DNA of 64,000 nt, taken from the IMG/VR virus record IMGVR_UViG_2602041664_000003, positions 7,315-71,314 of that record; one strand, 5' to 3'. Shown piece by piece: positions 46,302 through 56,017 of the stretch. The DNA is from a virus. Taxonomy: Duplodnaviria > Caudoviricetes. The position numbers and the translations under genes are program-made. A model generated the notes under the pieces. It was not told the origin of the DNA. It did not search any database and was given only the letters and a program-made list of their open reading frames with translations. Position 1 is the stretch's first letter, and every line of letters begins with the position of its first letter.

Positions 46302-47024
46302 ATGAAGAAAAACATTAATGAAACACTCATGGGAACGAGTGGAATGAGTTCCATTGAAGTAGCAAACGTTACGGGTAAACAACATGCACATATCTTGCGT
46401 GATATTCGCAACTTGTTAGACCAAGGTGTAGCCGCATCCAATTTTGGATTGGGGTCTTACATGGATGCAAATCAGCAAGTTAGACCATGCTATAACCTCA
46501 CTGCTAAGGGCTGCCTTATCCTTGCAAGTGGTTACAACCCTATCTTAAGAGAAAAGATAATAAACAGATTAGAAGAACTTGAAAAACAACGAATTGCAGA
46601 AGAGATAAACCCCGAGTTGTCCGCAAACAAGTTTATTAACCAATACAAAAAGAAAGGTAAATCTGACAGATGGATAGCTGCACGATTTGAAGGGATACAG
46701 AAAAGACACGCTTTTACAGATACACTAAAAGACCATGGAGTACATGGCTATGGGTACAGTCTTTGTACGGATGCTATATACAAACCTCTATTTGGAAAAA
46801 CCGCAAAGGGTATAAGAGAAGAAAGGAATCTGACAACTAATAGTAATCTTAGGGACAGTATGAGTGCGGTTGAATTAGGAGCCACGATGCTTGCAGAACT
46901 ATTAGCAACAGAAAGGCTTGAAGTAGAGCACGCTATGGGTAATAGGCAGTGTTATACAAATACTATGATAGCTTCCAAAAACGTTGCAAAAGCGATTGAC
47001 AATACACGAAAAGGCATATTATAA
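46302..47024 (+). CDS. Rha-family regulatory/antirepressor protein
   Basis: MSSIEVANVTGKQHAHILRDIR...CYNLTAKGCLILASGY. Confidence 0.85.
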   Translation: MKKNINETLMGTSGMSSIEVANVTGKQHAHILRDIRNLLDQGVAASNFGLGSYMDANQQVRPCYNLTAKGCLILASGYNPILREKIINRLEELEKQRIAEEINPELSANKFINQYKKKGKSDRWIAARFEGIQKRHAFTDTLKDHGVHGYGYSLCTDAIYKPLFGKTAKGIREERNLTTNSNLRDSMSAVELGATMLAELLATERLEVEHAMGNRQCYTNTMIASKNVAKAIDNTRKGIL

Positions 47025-47075
47025 AATTATCCCTATAAGGCTTGCAACTCTCGTTATTTTTGCGTATATTTGTAG

Positions 47076-47200
47076 GAGATAAACGAAAAGCAGAACTCTT
47101 TAATACTTAATTGGATTTGATTTAGGTTTTTAGTTATTATTAGGTAAGTGATTATTTTTAGGAGCAACCCCTACCATCCGAGAGGACAGTAGGGGTTTTG
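47076..47200 (+). ncRNA. candidate small RNA
   Basis: TATATTTG 47065-47072; U/G-rich body; terminator 47166-47197; no credible ORF. Confidence 0.5.
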
Positions 47201-47230
47201 GTTATGTCTATAAACGCAAAAAGGGAACAC

Positions 47231-47347
47231 CTACGTGGCACTCCCTTTTGAAATTCTGTACTTTTGGATAACGATGTTTAGCGGAACATTCATAAGGTTG
47301 TTTGACCTTGCAAATTGCATAAGGTCGTAAAAGTCTTGTTTGCTCAT
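47231..47347 (-). CDS. small hypothetical protein (38 aa, MSKQDFYDLM...)
   Basis: Hand-translated; ATGA overlap with the upstream stop. Confidence 0.45.
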   Translation of the reverse strand: MSKQDFYDLMQFARSNNLMNVPLNIVIQKYRISKGSAT

Positions 47348-48261
47348 GCTATTTTGTTTTTAGTTAAACCTAATTCCTTTGCGAACTCACGAAGTTTCGT
47401 CAGTCCACAACCGATAGTATCAGCGAGTTCCTTATTTGTTTTCGTCTGATAGTTTTCTTTCAGGAACTTGCGCTGATTGTCTGTTAAGATAATCTTCTTA
47501 TGTTCCTCCTTGTCAAGTTTCAGGACGGCTTTATCCGCTTCGAGTGCTTCACGTGGGTTCAGTGCAAGTGCAGCTTCACCGCTTTCATATATTCCTTGCT
47601 CTGATACAAGCTTTGTTTCAATAATATCGAAAGCCATTTTGCAGTTATTATCATCATTGAGGTTAATATCCGCACAGTCTTTACATAACGCTTCCTCTAC
47701 TTCTCTCCATGCAGAACGGACACCCGTAAGGCGTGCAGGTTGGTATGTCAGCGCAAGGTTGACGGGTGGACATGGTGGACAGTTCTCTATGAACTTATCA
47801 AATAACTCAACGGAATAATTAAGAAGTTCATAAACAAGTATGACACGAGCCTTAAAGCCACTATCCTCTATCCTCTTTCTGTCAAGTACTCGTTTGATGG
47901 ACTGATGAAGGATGAATACATGTGGCTCTAAGCGTGTATTGACGCTATCGAGATAATCCATGTACAGTTGTCGTTTATCACGATCTGCATTCCTCATATC
48001 CTCCATGTTACGTTTCTCAAAGTCCTCATACCGAGAGGTAGCTTCTTTACATGCTTTCTTAATTCTTTGTCTGTAAAGTCCTGCCTGCTTTATCTCGTCT
48101 ATTGCGTCAAGCATATTTGAGTGTGCGACATCATTTGTACCACCGATGATAGTATGGAACAGTGCTGATACATGTGCATACGTTTCACGGCTTTTGTCGC
48201 TTATCCCGATAGCCTTACTGAACTCCTTTGCCGTAAGGGCGTGTGAATTAAACTTATTCAT
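47344..48261 (-). CDS. hypothetical protein with C-terminal HTH-like segment
   Basis: Long ORF; FLKENYQTKTNKELADTIG...AKELGL. Confidence 0.7.
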   Translation of the reverse strand: MNKFNSHALTAKEFSKAIGISDKSRETYAHVSALFHTIIGGTNDVAHSNMLDAIDEIKQAGLYRQRIKKACKEATSRYEDFEKRNMEDMRNADRDKRQLYMDYLDSVNTRLEPHVFILHQSIKRVLDRKRIEDSGFKARVILVYELLNYSVELFDKFIENCPPCPPVNLALTYQPARLTGVRSAWREVEEALCKDCADINLNDDNNCKMAFDIIETKLVSEQGIYESGEAALALNPREALEADKAVLKLDKEEHKKIILTDNQRKFLKENYQTKTNKELADTIGCGLTKLREFAKELGLTKNKIA

Positions 48262-48505
48262 TGCGATATGCCCCTCCATGCTCTATGCGACCTGCGGCTT
48301 CTGTTCCGAAAACCTGCCATAGACCGCTTTCAAACTGACATATATGGTCGCCAAGTCGTGCTATCGTTCGTCCTTTGGTGTGGCTTTTGCCAAGGATAGC
48401 GGCAGGTTTCCCTTCCGCATCCTTTGTAACCGACATAACACATGGCAGGTTATATATTTTATCCATGTTCTTCCCATCAAGAAGAATATCTAAAACTACT
48501 CTCAT
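48254..48505 (-). CDS. hypothetical protein
   Basis: ORF in operon. Confidence 0.6.
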   Translation of the reverse strand: MRVVLDILLDGKNMDKIYNLPCVMSVTKDAEGKPAAILGKSHTKGRTIARLGDHICQFESGLWQVFGTEAAGRIEHGGAYRNE

Positions 48506-48682
48506 TTATAAAAGTTGAATTAAGTAAACAAACAGTATGAATAACAGAAATGCCATTATCATGGCAAAAGGAATCATGAGCGGTGCTGCCACGATGTACC
48601 ATGGAATATCAATGATTCCCATAAGGCTCAATGTGGTAAGCACGACATGAAACACGATAAGGATAAAAAGTGCTTTACCCAT
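48506..48682 (-). CDS. small membrane protein
   Basis: L.L.G.ID..W..V.AP pattern, two TM helices. Confidence 0.6.
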   Translation of the reverse strand: MGKALFILIVFHVVLTTLSLMGIIDIPWYIVAAPLMIPFAMIMAFLLFILFVYLIQLL

Positions 48683-48896
48683 GACCGTTCCTCCTATTGG
48701 GAGCCGATACGCCATACTGTTCATACAGTTCCTTTTTTCTGTTCTCGTAATCAACACCGTAATACTCTGCATCAAGTTGAGCATATTTACGTAACAATGC
48801 TCTCATGCATCGTGGGAAGAAACGTGCGTTTGTGTTTACTATCCTCGCTTTAAGAACACGACTTTTTATATTATATTCACTCTCCGTCATTTTCAC
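48675..48896 (-). CDS. hypothetical protein
   Basis: ORF in operon. Confidence 0.5.
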   Translation of the reverse strand: MKMTESEYNIKSRVLKARIVNTNARFFPRCMRALLRKYAQLDAEYYGVDYENRKKELYEQYGVSAPNRRNGHG

Positions 48897-49068
48897 TTCT
48901 TTTGATTAATAATATTGGAATACTGATTATCCACATTGCGGAAGCTACAACCGCTTTGGAAAACTGTTCTTGACTTGCTATGCCCTCATTTTCCACGATA
49001 CAACGAAGTATCAAGGGAAAGGAGCAACACGCCATGAAAGCGTAAAAAAGTGCTACATATACCATCAT
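48877..49068 (-). CDS. small membrane protein
   Basis: Two hydrophobic segments. Confidence 0.55.
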   Translation of the reverse strand: MMVYVALFYAFMACCSFPLILRCIVENEGIASQEQFSKAVVASAMWIISIPILLIKRSENDGE

Positions 49069-49071
49069 AGT

Positions 49072-49257
49072 CTATCGTTCTGTACTTTCAAATTTAATGT
49101 CTGTTTTAATACCGTTCCTCCGTGCGTTATGCTTAATGTCGTCCATTGGGTCGAACCGTTCAAGCCCTGCACCTTCTAAGAAGTCGTTAAGCATATTTAC
49201 AGTGTTGTTATCTTCTTTTCTTTTCTCCATGTGTCCATGCTTTGAAGTTAAATACAA
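49072..49257 (-). CDS. hypothetical protein
   Basis: ORF in operon; start uncertain. Confidence 0.4.
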   Translation of the reverse strand: MYLTSKHGHMEKRKEDNNTVNMLNDFLEGAGLERFDPMDDIKHNARRNGIKTDIKFESTER

Positions 49258-49396
49258 TCATTCCCACGCTTAGTGCTGCACCCCATAATGTCATGCTAAT
49301 ATCTCTGTACTCTGCATGATTCATGAGTTCCATTGCAGTGAATATCCACCATGAAAAGGAAACGCCCCAAAGAAGAATGTTTATTTTTGTTCTCAT
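49208..49396 (-). CDS. small membrane protein
   Basis: Two TM helices; AACTAAAACTAAGAAAATG leader. Confidence 0.55.
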   Translation of the reverse strand: MRTKINILLWGVSFSWWIFTAMELMNHAEYRDISMTLWGAALSVGMIVFNFKAWTHGEKKRR

Positions 49397-49453
49397 TTTC
49401 TTAGTTTTAGTTAGGGGTGACGCTTGATGTACGCCACCCCGTTAGTTTAGTAT

Positions 49454-49648
49454 TTAAGCCTTATTTTTATAGGGTATAAGGTTCTTTGCTTCTTCTTCCC
49501 ACATGTCGCCCTCGTTTTCCTCGAAGTCAAGGTAAACAGTTCCGTTGTTCAGATCATCAAGTGAAGAATTAAGTCCTACAACAATCATTGGGAACCCGTC
49601 ATGTGGTGAGCATAGCGTATCACCGATTTTGATGTCTTTAATGTTCAT
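49454..49648 (-). CDS. small hypothetical protein
   Basis: ORF in operon. Confidence 0.6.
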   Translation of the reverse strand: MNIKDIKIGDTLCSPHDGFPMIVVGLNSSLDDLNNGTVYLDFEENEGDMWEEEAKNLIPYKNKA

Positions 49649-49651
49649 TGC

Positions 49652-50212
49652 TTATTCTCCTATCTCCTCGTGGTACTTTCGCAATGTTTCTTTCACACGC
49701 CTTGCGGCTTCTCTGTCTTGTTCTTCGGTACGGAAGTAGTTAAATACCGTGTAAAATGAATTATCGCAATCGTCATTGCACTCCTCGAAACTATGAATAC
49801 CACCATCCATCCTTACTACAAAGTATTTTTCACCACACTTTGCTCTCCACCAAATACTCTCCACCCGCTTATCATCGGCGTTCCACCGATAACCATTTTC
49901 TTTCATCATGTCAAAGAAATGTGTCTTTTCTTCCTCCGTTGCGTAACGAAAGGCGTTGATGTTCCAACGTTTGTTATCCCTACGGGAAGTGTTACAATGA
50001 GAATCAAAGACCTCCCTGTCGTAGTTGCATACCTCTTTGAATATCAACATCGTGTCATCCGTTTTGCTATGAAGCACGTCCCCTTCCTTGAAGTTCTTCT
50101 TTCTATTCTCTTTCTTCTCTTCTTTCTCGAAGACCACACTTCCGTCCTTAATTGTCGCCTTGCAACCCTCAGGAATGGTGATTGAATCACCGCATTGTAA
50201 TTCTACTTTCAT
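49652..50212 (-). CDS. hypothetical phage protein
   Basis: RYATEEEK...GYRWN and NYFRTEE motifs. Confidence 0.7.
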   Translation of the reverse strand: MKVELQCGDSITIPEGCKATIKDGSVVFEKEEKKENRKKNFKEGDVLHSKTDDTMLIFKEVCNYDREVFDSHCNTSRRDNKRWNINAFRYATEEEKTHFFDMMKENGYRWNADDKRVESIWWRAKCGEKYFVVRMDGGIHSFEECNDDCDNSFYTVFNYFRTEEQDREAARRVKETLRKYHEEIGE

Positions 50213-50318
50213 AGTTTCTTTTGTTTAATTTTACTTTTTACGTTTCTTCTTTCTTTTACTTGCGTAGGGTGTTGACCCTGATTCGTCCATACTATCAGCT
50301 TTGGTATTTATTTATTCG

Positions 50319-51188
50319 TTATTCACACAAACCATGATAGAGACTCATACAACTATATCCTCCCTCTGGCTCAAACATATCAAGCTGTGCGTCATTACGA
50401 TTTACATACTTGAATACTTCCTGCACCGTGGGATATTCACCATTTGCGCAGAAACGTTTAGGAATGTATGTCGGTGGAAAGAACGACGAGCCTAGTTCTG
50501 TTTCTTCTCTCATCTTCCGTTCTGCCTTAAGTAGACGTTTTCTTGCCCATTCGTCTTTTGATATGAGTTGCACCTCTCGCTTTCTACACATAACACAAGG
50601 GAAGCAGCCTACCCTTGAAAAACCCCGTTCATATAAAGGATTTGGACGCTGGGCGTTGGCAAGAATGTAGTCTATCACTTCTTGTGCCGACCAATGGAAT
50701 ATGGGACGTAGCACGCTTGCATCGTGTGTCTTACACCATTCCAACACCGCCTTCTTGTGATACAAGCCTTTCACTCCATCATTGAAGTACTCCTTGAAAT
50801 ATGAGCATTCTACATCATAGCCTGCACGTGCTTTGCTTTCTTTAGCCCTAATGCCTTGAATGATTATAAAGCTATCATCCTGCGAGAGGATGTAATCAAT
50901 CATTGGTATTACTTTCAGTTCAGAAGTACAGAACCTTGCCACTGTAGAAGGGAAACGACCTTTCTTGATAGACATATCTACGAAGTCTTTATACTTACTG
51001 CTTTTGATTGTAATCAGTTCTACATTTAACTGATTGCAAACATTGTGAATATGTGTGTAAGTATCTTCATGCTCCCAACCTGTATCACAAAACAATGCCG
51101 TAACTTTTTCATTGCCGTAGTCATTTACCGCCTTGATAAGGCAAGCCTGACTATCCTTGCCTCCGCTAAATTGTACTAATATTTTCAT
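50319..51188 (-). CDS. PAPS reductase family protein
   Basis: PP-loop SGGKDS, RFCT..LK, GIRAKES, RVGCFPC. Confidence 0.88.
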   Translation of the reverse strand: MKILVQFSGGKDSQACLIKAVNDYGNEKVTALFCDTGWEHEDTYTHIHNVCNQLNVELITIKSSKYKDFVDMSIKKGRFPSTVARFCTSELKVIPMIDYILSQDDSFIIIQGIRAKESKARAGYDVECSYFKEYFNDGVKGLYHKKAVLEWCKTHDASVLRPIFHWSAQEVIDYILANAQRPNPLYERGFSRVGCFPCVMCRKREVQLISKDEWARKRLLKAERKMREETELGSSFFPPTYIPKRFCANGEYPTVQEVFKYVNRNDAQLDMFEPEGGYSCMSLYHGLCE

Positions 51189-51191
51189 AGC

Positions 51192-51800
51192 TTAATCAAC
51201 TAATTCAAAACTATAGGCTACCACCCACGGGTTACTCTTCCACGTGCCTTTACCGCTGATTCTCTCAAAGAGGTTAGCAAATGCTTCATAAGGAGTATCA
51301 AACAGGTGCAATCCATTTTTAGGTATGTGATAACCATATCCACTATTATTAGACCACCTTTTATCAGAAAAATGATAATATCTAATTCCTTCACGAAGGC
51401 AATCTTCATCTGATATATCCTGCAAGCGTTCCACCTTAACATCAGTAATCTTGATATGGTGGGGCATTAGTTCAGCACGGGTAAACATCTTATTGCTATT
51501 TCCTGGAACGCCGTTCCCAAACTTATCGTATTGGGGTTTGCCTATGGTGTAGTAGCTTTGCGCTATTGCAACGACTTCACCAACTTCATAATGTGGTTTC
51601 AAGCTGCCTAATACGCCTCCATTTTCATCAACCAAATCCACACATTGTGTACCTACACTGTTAGTAAGTATATTGAAACTATACACTTCTTTACCATTGC
51701 AAGTTTTAGGCACTTTCAACATCCTCCTTGTCATTGTCTTTGTCCCGTTAAGCACCGCCTTAGTCAGGCAGTAATCATCTGAAAACATTATTCTCTTCAT
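51192..51800 (-). CDS. ASCH/PUA-like phage protein
   Basis: GTKTMTRR...VERLQDISDEDCLREG...WKSNPWV. Confidence 0.7.
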   Translation of the reverse strand: MKRIMFSDDYCLTKAVLNGTKTMTRRMLKVPKTCNGKEVYSFNILTNSVGTQCVDLVDENGGVLGSLKPHYEVGEVVAIAQSYYTIGKPQYDKFGNGVPGNSNKMFTRAELMPHHIKITDVKVERLQDISDEDCLREGIRYYHFSDKRWSNNSGYGYHIPKNGLHLFDTPYEAFANLFERISGKGTWKSNPWVVAYSFELVD

Positions 51801-51805
51801 ACGCT

Positions 51806-52204
51806 TTACTTCATTAATTCGGGGTTGTCGCAGATGTTACCTCTAACTTCTATATCAGACAATACGCCTGCATCGAAATCACTATCTAAACAAAAATTTA
51901 TTAAAGACCAAGTAGTTGTTTTTTTCAGGATAGATACACCATATCTTTTGGAGATACAGACTACCCCTAAAAGTTCCTGTCCTTGAAAAAGTATATCTCC
52001 CTCAAAGATTTTATTTCCTTTCTTGTCTTTTAACCCTGTGTACTGACCAACGATGTCGGGGTCAACCTCCCATACCTTTCGGGACGTGTTATTGACATTC
52101 CGTGATATGTAATGAGTATTTAAGCCCTCGTTGTGGGTGTAATCTCCGTACACCCACTTTTTTGTCGCTTTGTCTTTTCCTCTGAACAATATTTCACGCT
52201 TCAT
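51806..52204 (-). CDS. YopX family protein
   Basis: REILFRGK...GQYTGLKDKKG.KIFEGDI...GNI.DNPEL. Confidence 0.88.
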   Translation of the reverse strand: MKREILFRGKDKATKKWVYGDYTHNEGLNTHYISRNVNNTSRKVWEVDPDIVGQYTGLKDKKGNKIFEGDILFQGQELLGVVCISKRYGVSILKKTTTWSLINFCLDSDFDAGVLSDIEVRGNICDNPELMK

Positions 52205-52473
52205 AATCTTTCAATTTCGTTTTCTATTGTTTCTATGTTCTTTTGTATGCTATTTGCAATCTCGTAATCCTCCTGCATGATAGCTAAAGTTTTAGAATTT
52301 CTCATTTGCGCCAACAACGAAAGCAGGTGATATTTATACATCGTTCGTTGATTAGCAAACAAATTGTCTATCCGCTTATTTATCTTTGTGTACTCATTAG
52401 GAATACATATTGCCATAAACACGAAAGCAAGAGAAATGAGGATAAACATTAATAGGTTTAAAAAAAATATCAT
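52201..52473 (-). CDS. membrane-anchored protein with UVR-like C-terminus
   Basis: N-terminal TM; EDYEIA motif. Confidence 0.55.
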   Translation of the reverse strand: MIFFLNLLMFILISLAFVFMAICIPNEYTKINKRIDNLFANQRTMYKYHLLSLLAQMRNSKTLAIMQEDYEIANSIQKNIETIENEIERL

Positions 52474-52474
52474 G

Positions 52475-52795
52475 TTACCTCCTTGTATTAATAGATTGTA
52501 CTCTATGTGTTATGTGAGAAAATTTACCTGCTCTCGTGGTGTACTGATATTTTGTCATTCCATTTGCATCTGTGAAATAAATCACTTCTCTGCAGTCTAT
52601 AAACCGATAAACCTTTACTCCGTTACACTCAAATAAGAACTGTACATCGTAGTCTTTCAGCCTTTGCTCATACTCTTGCTTTCGTATCTGCTCCTTTGTC
52701 AGCTTCGGCTTAGGTGGCTCTGGCTTCTTTCTAATCTCGTAGCCACAAGAACTGACTACAAACGCTAACACTGATAATAAAATTAGTTTCTTCAT
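52475..52795 (-). CDS. DUF4884-like lipoprotein
   Basis: Lipobox VSSC; FLFECNGVKVYRF. Confidence 0.7.
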   Translation of the reverse strand: MKKLILLSVLAFVVSSCGYEIRKKPEPPKPKLTKEQIRKQEYEQRLKDYDVQFLFECNGVKVYRFIDCREVIYFTDANGMTKYQYTTRAGKFSHITHRVQSINTRR

Positions 52796-52797
52796 AA

Positions 52798-52947
52798 TTA
52801 ATCTTCTATTTTGATTGGTACTCCATATCCATCCATAGCCCCTAAGACTATAATGTTTCCGTTCTCTACTTTGAAACCTGCTTTAACGTGTCCGTCAAAG
52901 TCAATTTCGATAATACCGCTTTCGTTTGGTTTGTTTACTCTTTTCAT
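52798..52947 (-). CDS. small hypothetical protein (49 aa)
   Basis: Hand-translated MKRVNKPNES...; AACCAAAA leader. Confidence 0.55.
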   Translation of the reverse strand: MKRVNKPNESGIIEIDFDGHVKAGFKVENGNIIVLGAMDGYGVPIKIED

Positions 52948-52968
52948 ATTACTTTTATTATATTTTGG

Positions 52969-53472
52969 TTATTTATCTTCATCTAAGAATTTAAGGACAA
53001 AGTAACGTGTAGGCTTTACAGGAAAGCACAATTCCGTTACCCATGTTTTATGTGCGTACTCAACTACCTCATAATGTCCTTTATAATCGCACAAAAGCAA
53101 CGTAGTACATGTTGGGCGTGGATAATCTTCAACTGAAAGCCATAGTTCAGAAGGGAAATCTTTTATTTGCATAACCCATTCAGGCGTATATAGATAAGGA
53201 TAATCCCCATAATATAATCTCATTTCATCCCAAACATCTGAAATACGAGCCTCTATGGCTTGTAGAGGGTAGGAATTATTGTCACTTTTAATAAGCAATG
53301 GTAATCCGTCCCGACCAATAGGAACATTATCCACTAACTTAGTAAAATCGTCCACACGTGGGACGCAATTATTGAAATAGTCTACACATGCTTTTTCAAG
53401 TGCATATTGCTCTGATATGCGCTTTCTCTCTTTGCGTTTCTCAAAATACGCTTTTACTCTTTTTACAATCAT
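52969..53472 (-). CDS. hypothetical protein
   Basis: ORF in operon. Confidence 0.6.
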   Translation of the reverse strand: MIVKRVKAYFEKRKERKRISEQYALEKACVDYFNNCVPRVDDFTKLVDNVPIGRDGLPLLIKSDNNSYPLQAIEARISDVWDEMRLYYGDYPYLYTPEWVMQIKDFPSELWLSVEDYPRPTCTTLLLCDYKGHYEVVEYAHKTWVTELCFPVKPTRYFVLKFLDEDK

Positions 53473-53473
53473 A

Positions 53474-54358
53474 TTATTTTTCTGTTTTTAGTTCTTTGAA
53501 GTTAAATTTCTGTTGTAAATATTTCTCTGCATACCACTTTTTGTACGACTTACCACTTATCCACCAATCAAACATATCATCAGGTGACAAATCGTGGCAC
53601 ACAAGTCCTTTTTCCTTTAGTTTGGTACACGCCTTTGTCCAACTCTTTTTGACGTGCGGGTAATCTTTTATCTCTCGCACTTTCTGTTTGAAAGAAGACA
53701 TTGGGCAACATATACAACCAATACGCTTATATCCGTTATCATATAAGCTGCAATGCGCTATGTTATTAGCATTAAGAAACGTCCAAACATCATAGTCAGT
53801 CCAATATAGAATAGGACTAACAACAATCCTTTCCTTGCCGTTTCCCATACATTGCACAAGGCTTTCCTCATGTTCGGAGAATTGGTCAAAGTTCCATTGT
53901 TTGCGCTTCTTTGGGTTTGCGTTTATACTCTCAACGACTTCTCTCTTTGACCGCCTTACGCTTTCGGCTTTTCTCACGCCTATTAACGTTAAACATCCTG
54001 CACCTGATGTTTCCTTATATTCAGCACAACACCAGCGTAACGACCTTGTGGGTAATATGCCCTTTTTGACTGCCATATTATAAATGCTCATCTTTGGCTT
54101 TATCATTTCGACTTCGGGATAGTTCTTTCTAACAAAGCGTATCACTTCGGGAGGATCAATGCTTGTTAAATTCATGTGTGCTTTAAACTTTACACCTGCC
54201 ATAAGTGCAAGGTGGTATAACACTTGGCTGTCTTTCCCTCCGCTAAAAGCTAACCAAAAACCCTCATCATTCATTGAAAGGGCAAGCCGTTCGGCTTTCT
54301 GCATTACCTTTATGGAGTAGTCAATTTTCTTCTGTAAACTTGGTGTTATTCCGTTCAT
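53474..54358 (-). CDS. PAPS reductase family protein (second copy)
   Basis: SGGKDS, RWCC..YKE, GVRKAES, RIGCICCP. Confidence 0.88.
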   Translation of the reverse strand: MNGITPSLQKKIDYSIKVMQKAERLALSMNDEGFWLAFSGGKDSQVLYHLALMAGVKFKAHMNLTSIDPPEVIRFVRKNYPEVEMIKPKMSIYNMAVKKGILPTRSLRWCCAEYKETSGAGCLTLIGVRKAESVRRSKREVVESINANPKKRKQWNFDQFSEHEESLVQCMGNGKERIVVSPILYWTDYDVWTFLNANNIAHCSLYDNGYKRIGCICCPMSSFKQKVREIKDYPHVKKSWTKACTKLKEKGLVCHDLSPDDMFDWWISGKSYKKWYAEKYLQQKFNFKELKTEK

Positions 54359-54361
54359 ATG

Positions 54362-54571
54362 CTAATCGTTATCTTCTTTGCTTTCAAACTCCAAATAGAC
54401 TGCTAATGACATCATGAATAGCGACACACAGAACAAGACAAAAAGAAATCTGCTAATTGCGTCAACGTGTATCACCCATGCTATATCCCAATTTACAAAG
54501 GCGTATGCCATGTAAAGGGTTATAAACGAAACTATGCCCAATGGCAACAATGTTTTAACTTTCATCATCAT
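54362..54571 (-). CDS. small membrane protein
   Basis: Two TM helices. Confidence 0.55.
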   Translation of the reverse strand: MMMKVKTLLPLGIVSFITLYMAYAFVNWDIAWVIHVDAISRFLFVLFCVSLFMMSLAVYLEFESKEDND

Positions 54572-54802
54572 TCAAACCTAAAATTAACTTGTTTATACTT
54601 TGAATACGGACGTGAAATCCATATTGGTTTTGATTTGATAAACCAACCACCCTGAAGCAACTCTGCACGTGACATTGGTTTACTCCTTTCAAAGGATATA
54701 TTCTTTCCACAACGAACGCATTTACACTCCTTAATCACCACGTATCTGCGTACATTTCCTCTACATGTACGTGTCCGAATAGTCTGCAAATTAGTTTCTT
54801 AA

Positions 54803-55042
54803 TCATAATCTTATATGTTTCTTTATGTACTCTTTTATTTCTTTCTCTGACTTAAAGTAGGGCATTTCCCCATTGACTTGCGCAATAGCGGTCTTTGTTG
54901 CTAAGTTCCAAACTTTAGCTATCAAAGAAGATGACGGGTGGCCGTCTGCACACTTAGCATATGCAACGCACACTTCTACCTCGCATCCGATGGATGGCTT
55001 AAAGACTGCTAATGATTTTGTTATTTCTTGTTTTCTGCTCAT
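54803..55042 (-). CDS. hypothetical protein
   Basis: ORF in operon. Confidence 0.5.
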   Translation of the reverse strand: MSRKQEITKSLAVFKPSIGCEVEVCVAYAKCADGHPSSSLIAKVWNLATKTAIAQVNGEMPYFKSEKEIKEYIKKHIRL

Positions 55043-55416
55043 AACCCCAATGCTTGTTTAATTCGTTCCTTGTAGTCCTCGTTTGCTGCATCTATTGCTT
55101 CTTCCAATGTATCGTACCATTGGATAGGCGTTTCGTAGGTGGTCGCAAATGCGTATCGTGGTTCGTCTACTGATGCAGATTTATAGATATGATAGATAAT
55201 CTCAAATATGCCATTGTCAGCTATCAACCCCTCTCGTGTTTCCTTAAATAGAAGTTTTGGTATATTCTCCACCACGCTTTCACGCCCTGCGTTGAAAGCT
55301 GCCCTGATGTCGTCTTCCGTGAAGACTTTATTGTCTGAAAATGATATTTCATTCCCACTTAACCTACCTTGCAACCTTTCGTTTGCGTATTCTTCTGCTA
55401 AATCTTTCTGTGTCAT
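55039..55416 (-). CDS. hypothetical protein
   Basis: ORF; AAFNAG and TLEEAIDAANEDY motifs. Confidence 0.6.
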   Translation of the reverse strand: MTQKDLAEEYANERLQGRLSGNEISFSDNKVFTEDDIRAAFNAGRESVVENIPKLLFKETREGLIADNGIFEIIYHIYKSASVDEPRYAFATTYETPIQWYDTLEEAIDAANEDYKERIKQALGL

Positions 55417-55432
55417 ATTGGTTTTGTTTTAG

Positions 55433-56017
55433 TTACTTTCGGTTTGATTTTCCATTTATAGTTACCTTTCTCACGATAGCGTGTAGTCTATCGACCACCC
55501 TATCACCATATTTCATTTTCAAATGCTCATCGTCTAAGTTGGTAGAGAACATTAGTAATTTGCCGTCACGTTCAGCCGCATCAACCAACTCTGCAAATGG
55601 CACTCGCTTGTTTCCGTAGATGTTTGAAATATCCTCTGTACCTATATCGTCAATATATATAATGTGGTCTCGGATAATCTCATCGGGTGACTTGTTAAGT
55701 TCATTCGCCGTGCAGATTGTTACCACCTTACGGCAATAGTGGTTAAGAAGTAAGGGAATAATCCTCATACCTATCAGCGATTTACCAACACCGCAATTTC
55801 CAACAAGCATTAAGCCTTTACCTTTGTTATCAGTGAGCCACTGAACAATCTTCTCATAGTCAGCGTTCCACCTTGCATTATCACCGCAAAAGTACTTTAA
55901 TCCTCCTTTAAGGTGTATTCCTGCATTTGGTACACTGATTTGCACCTTATCGGGTAACGGCTTGTACGTTGTGTCTCGTAACCGCTCAATGGCGGATTTG
56001 AAGTCTATTTGTTCCAT
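55433..56017 (-). CDS. DnaC/IstB-like AAA+ replication ATPase
   Basis: GNCGVGKS, IDDIGTE, STNL, YGDRVVDRL. Confidence 0.85.
   Translation of the reverse strand: MEQIDFKSAIERLRDTTYKPLPDKVQISVPNAGIHLKGGLKYFCGDNARWNADYEKIVQWLTDNKGKGLMLVGNCGVGKSLIGMRIIPLLLNHYCRKVVTICTANELNKSPDEIIRDHIIYIDDIGTEDISNIYGNKRVPFAELVDAAERDGKLLMFSTNLDDEHLKMKYGDRVVDRLHAIVRKVTINGKSNRK

Noticed and set aside
50231-50291. 19-aa basic ORF MDESGSTPYASKRKKKRKK
   Set aside because: Most likely the remnant of a deleted gene; too short to support
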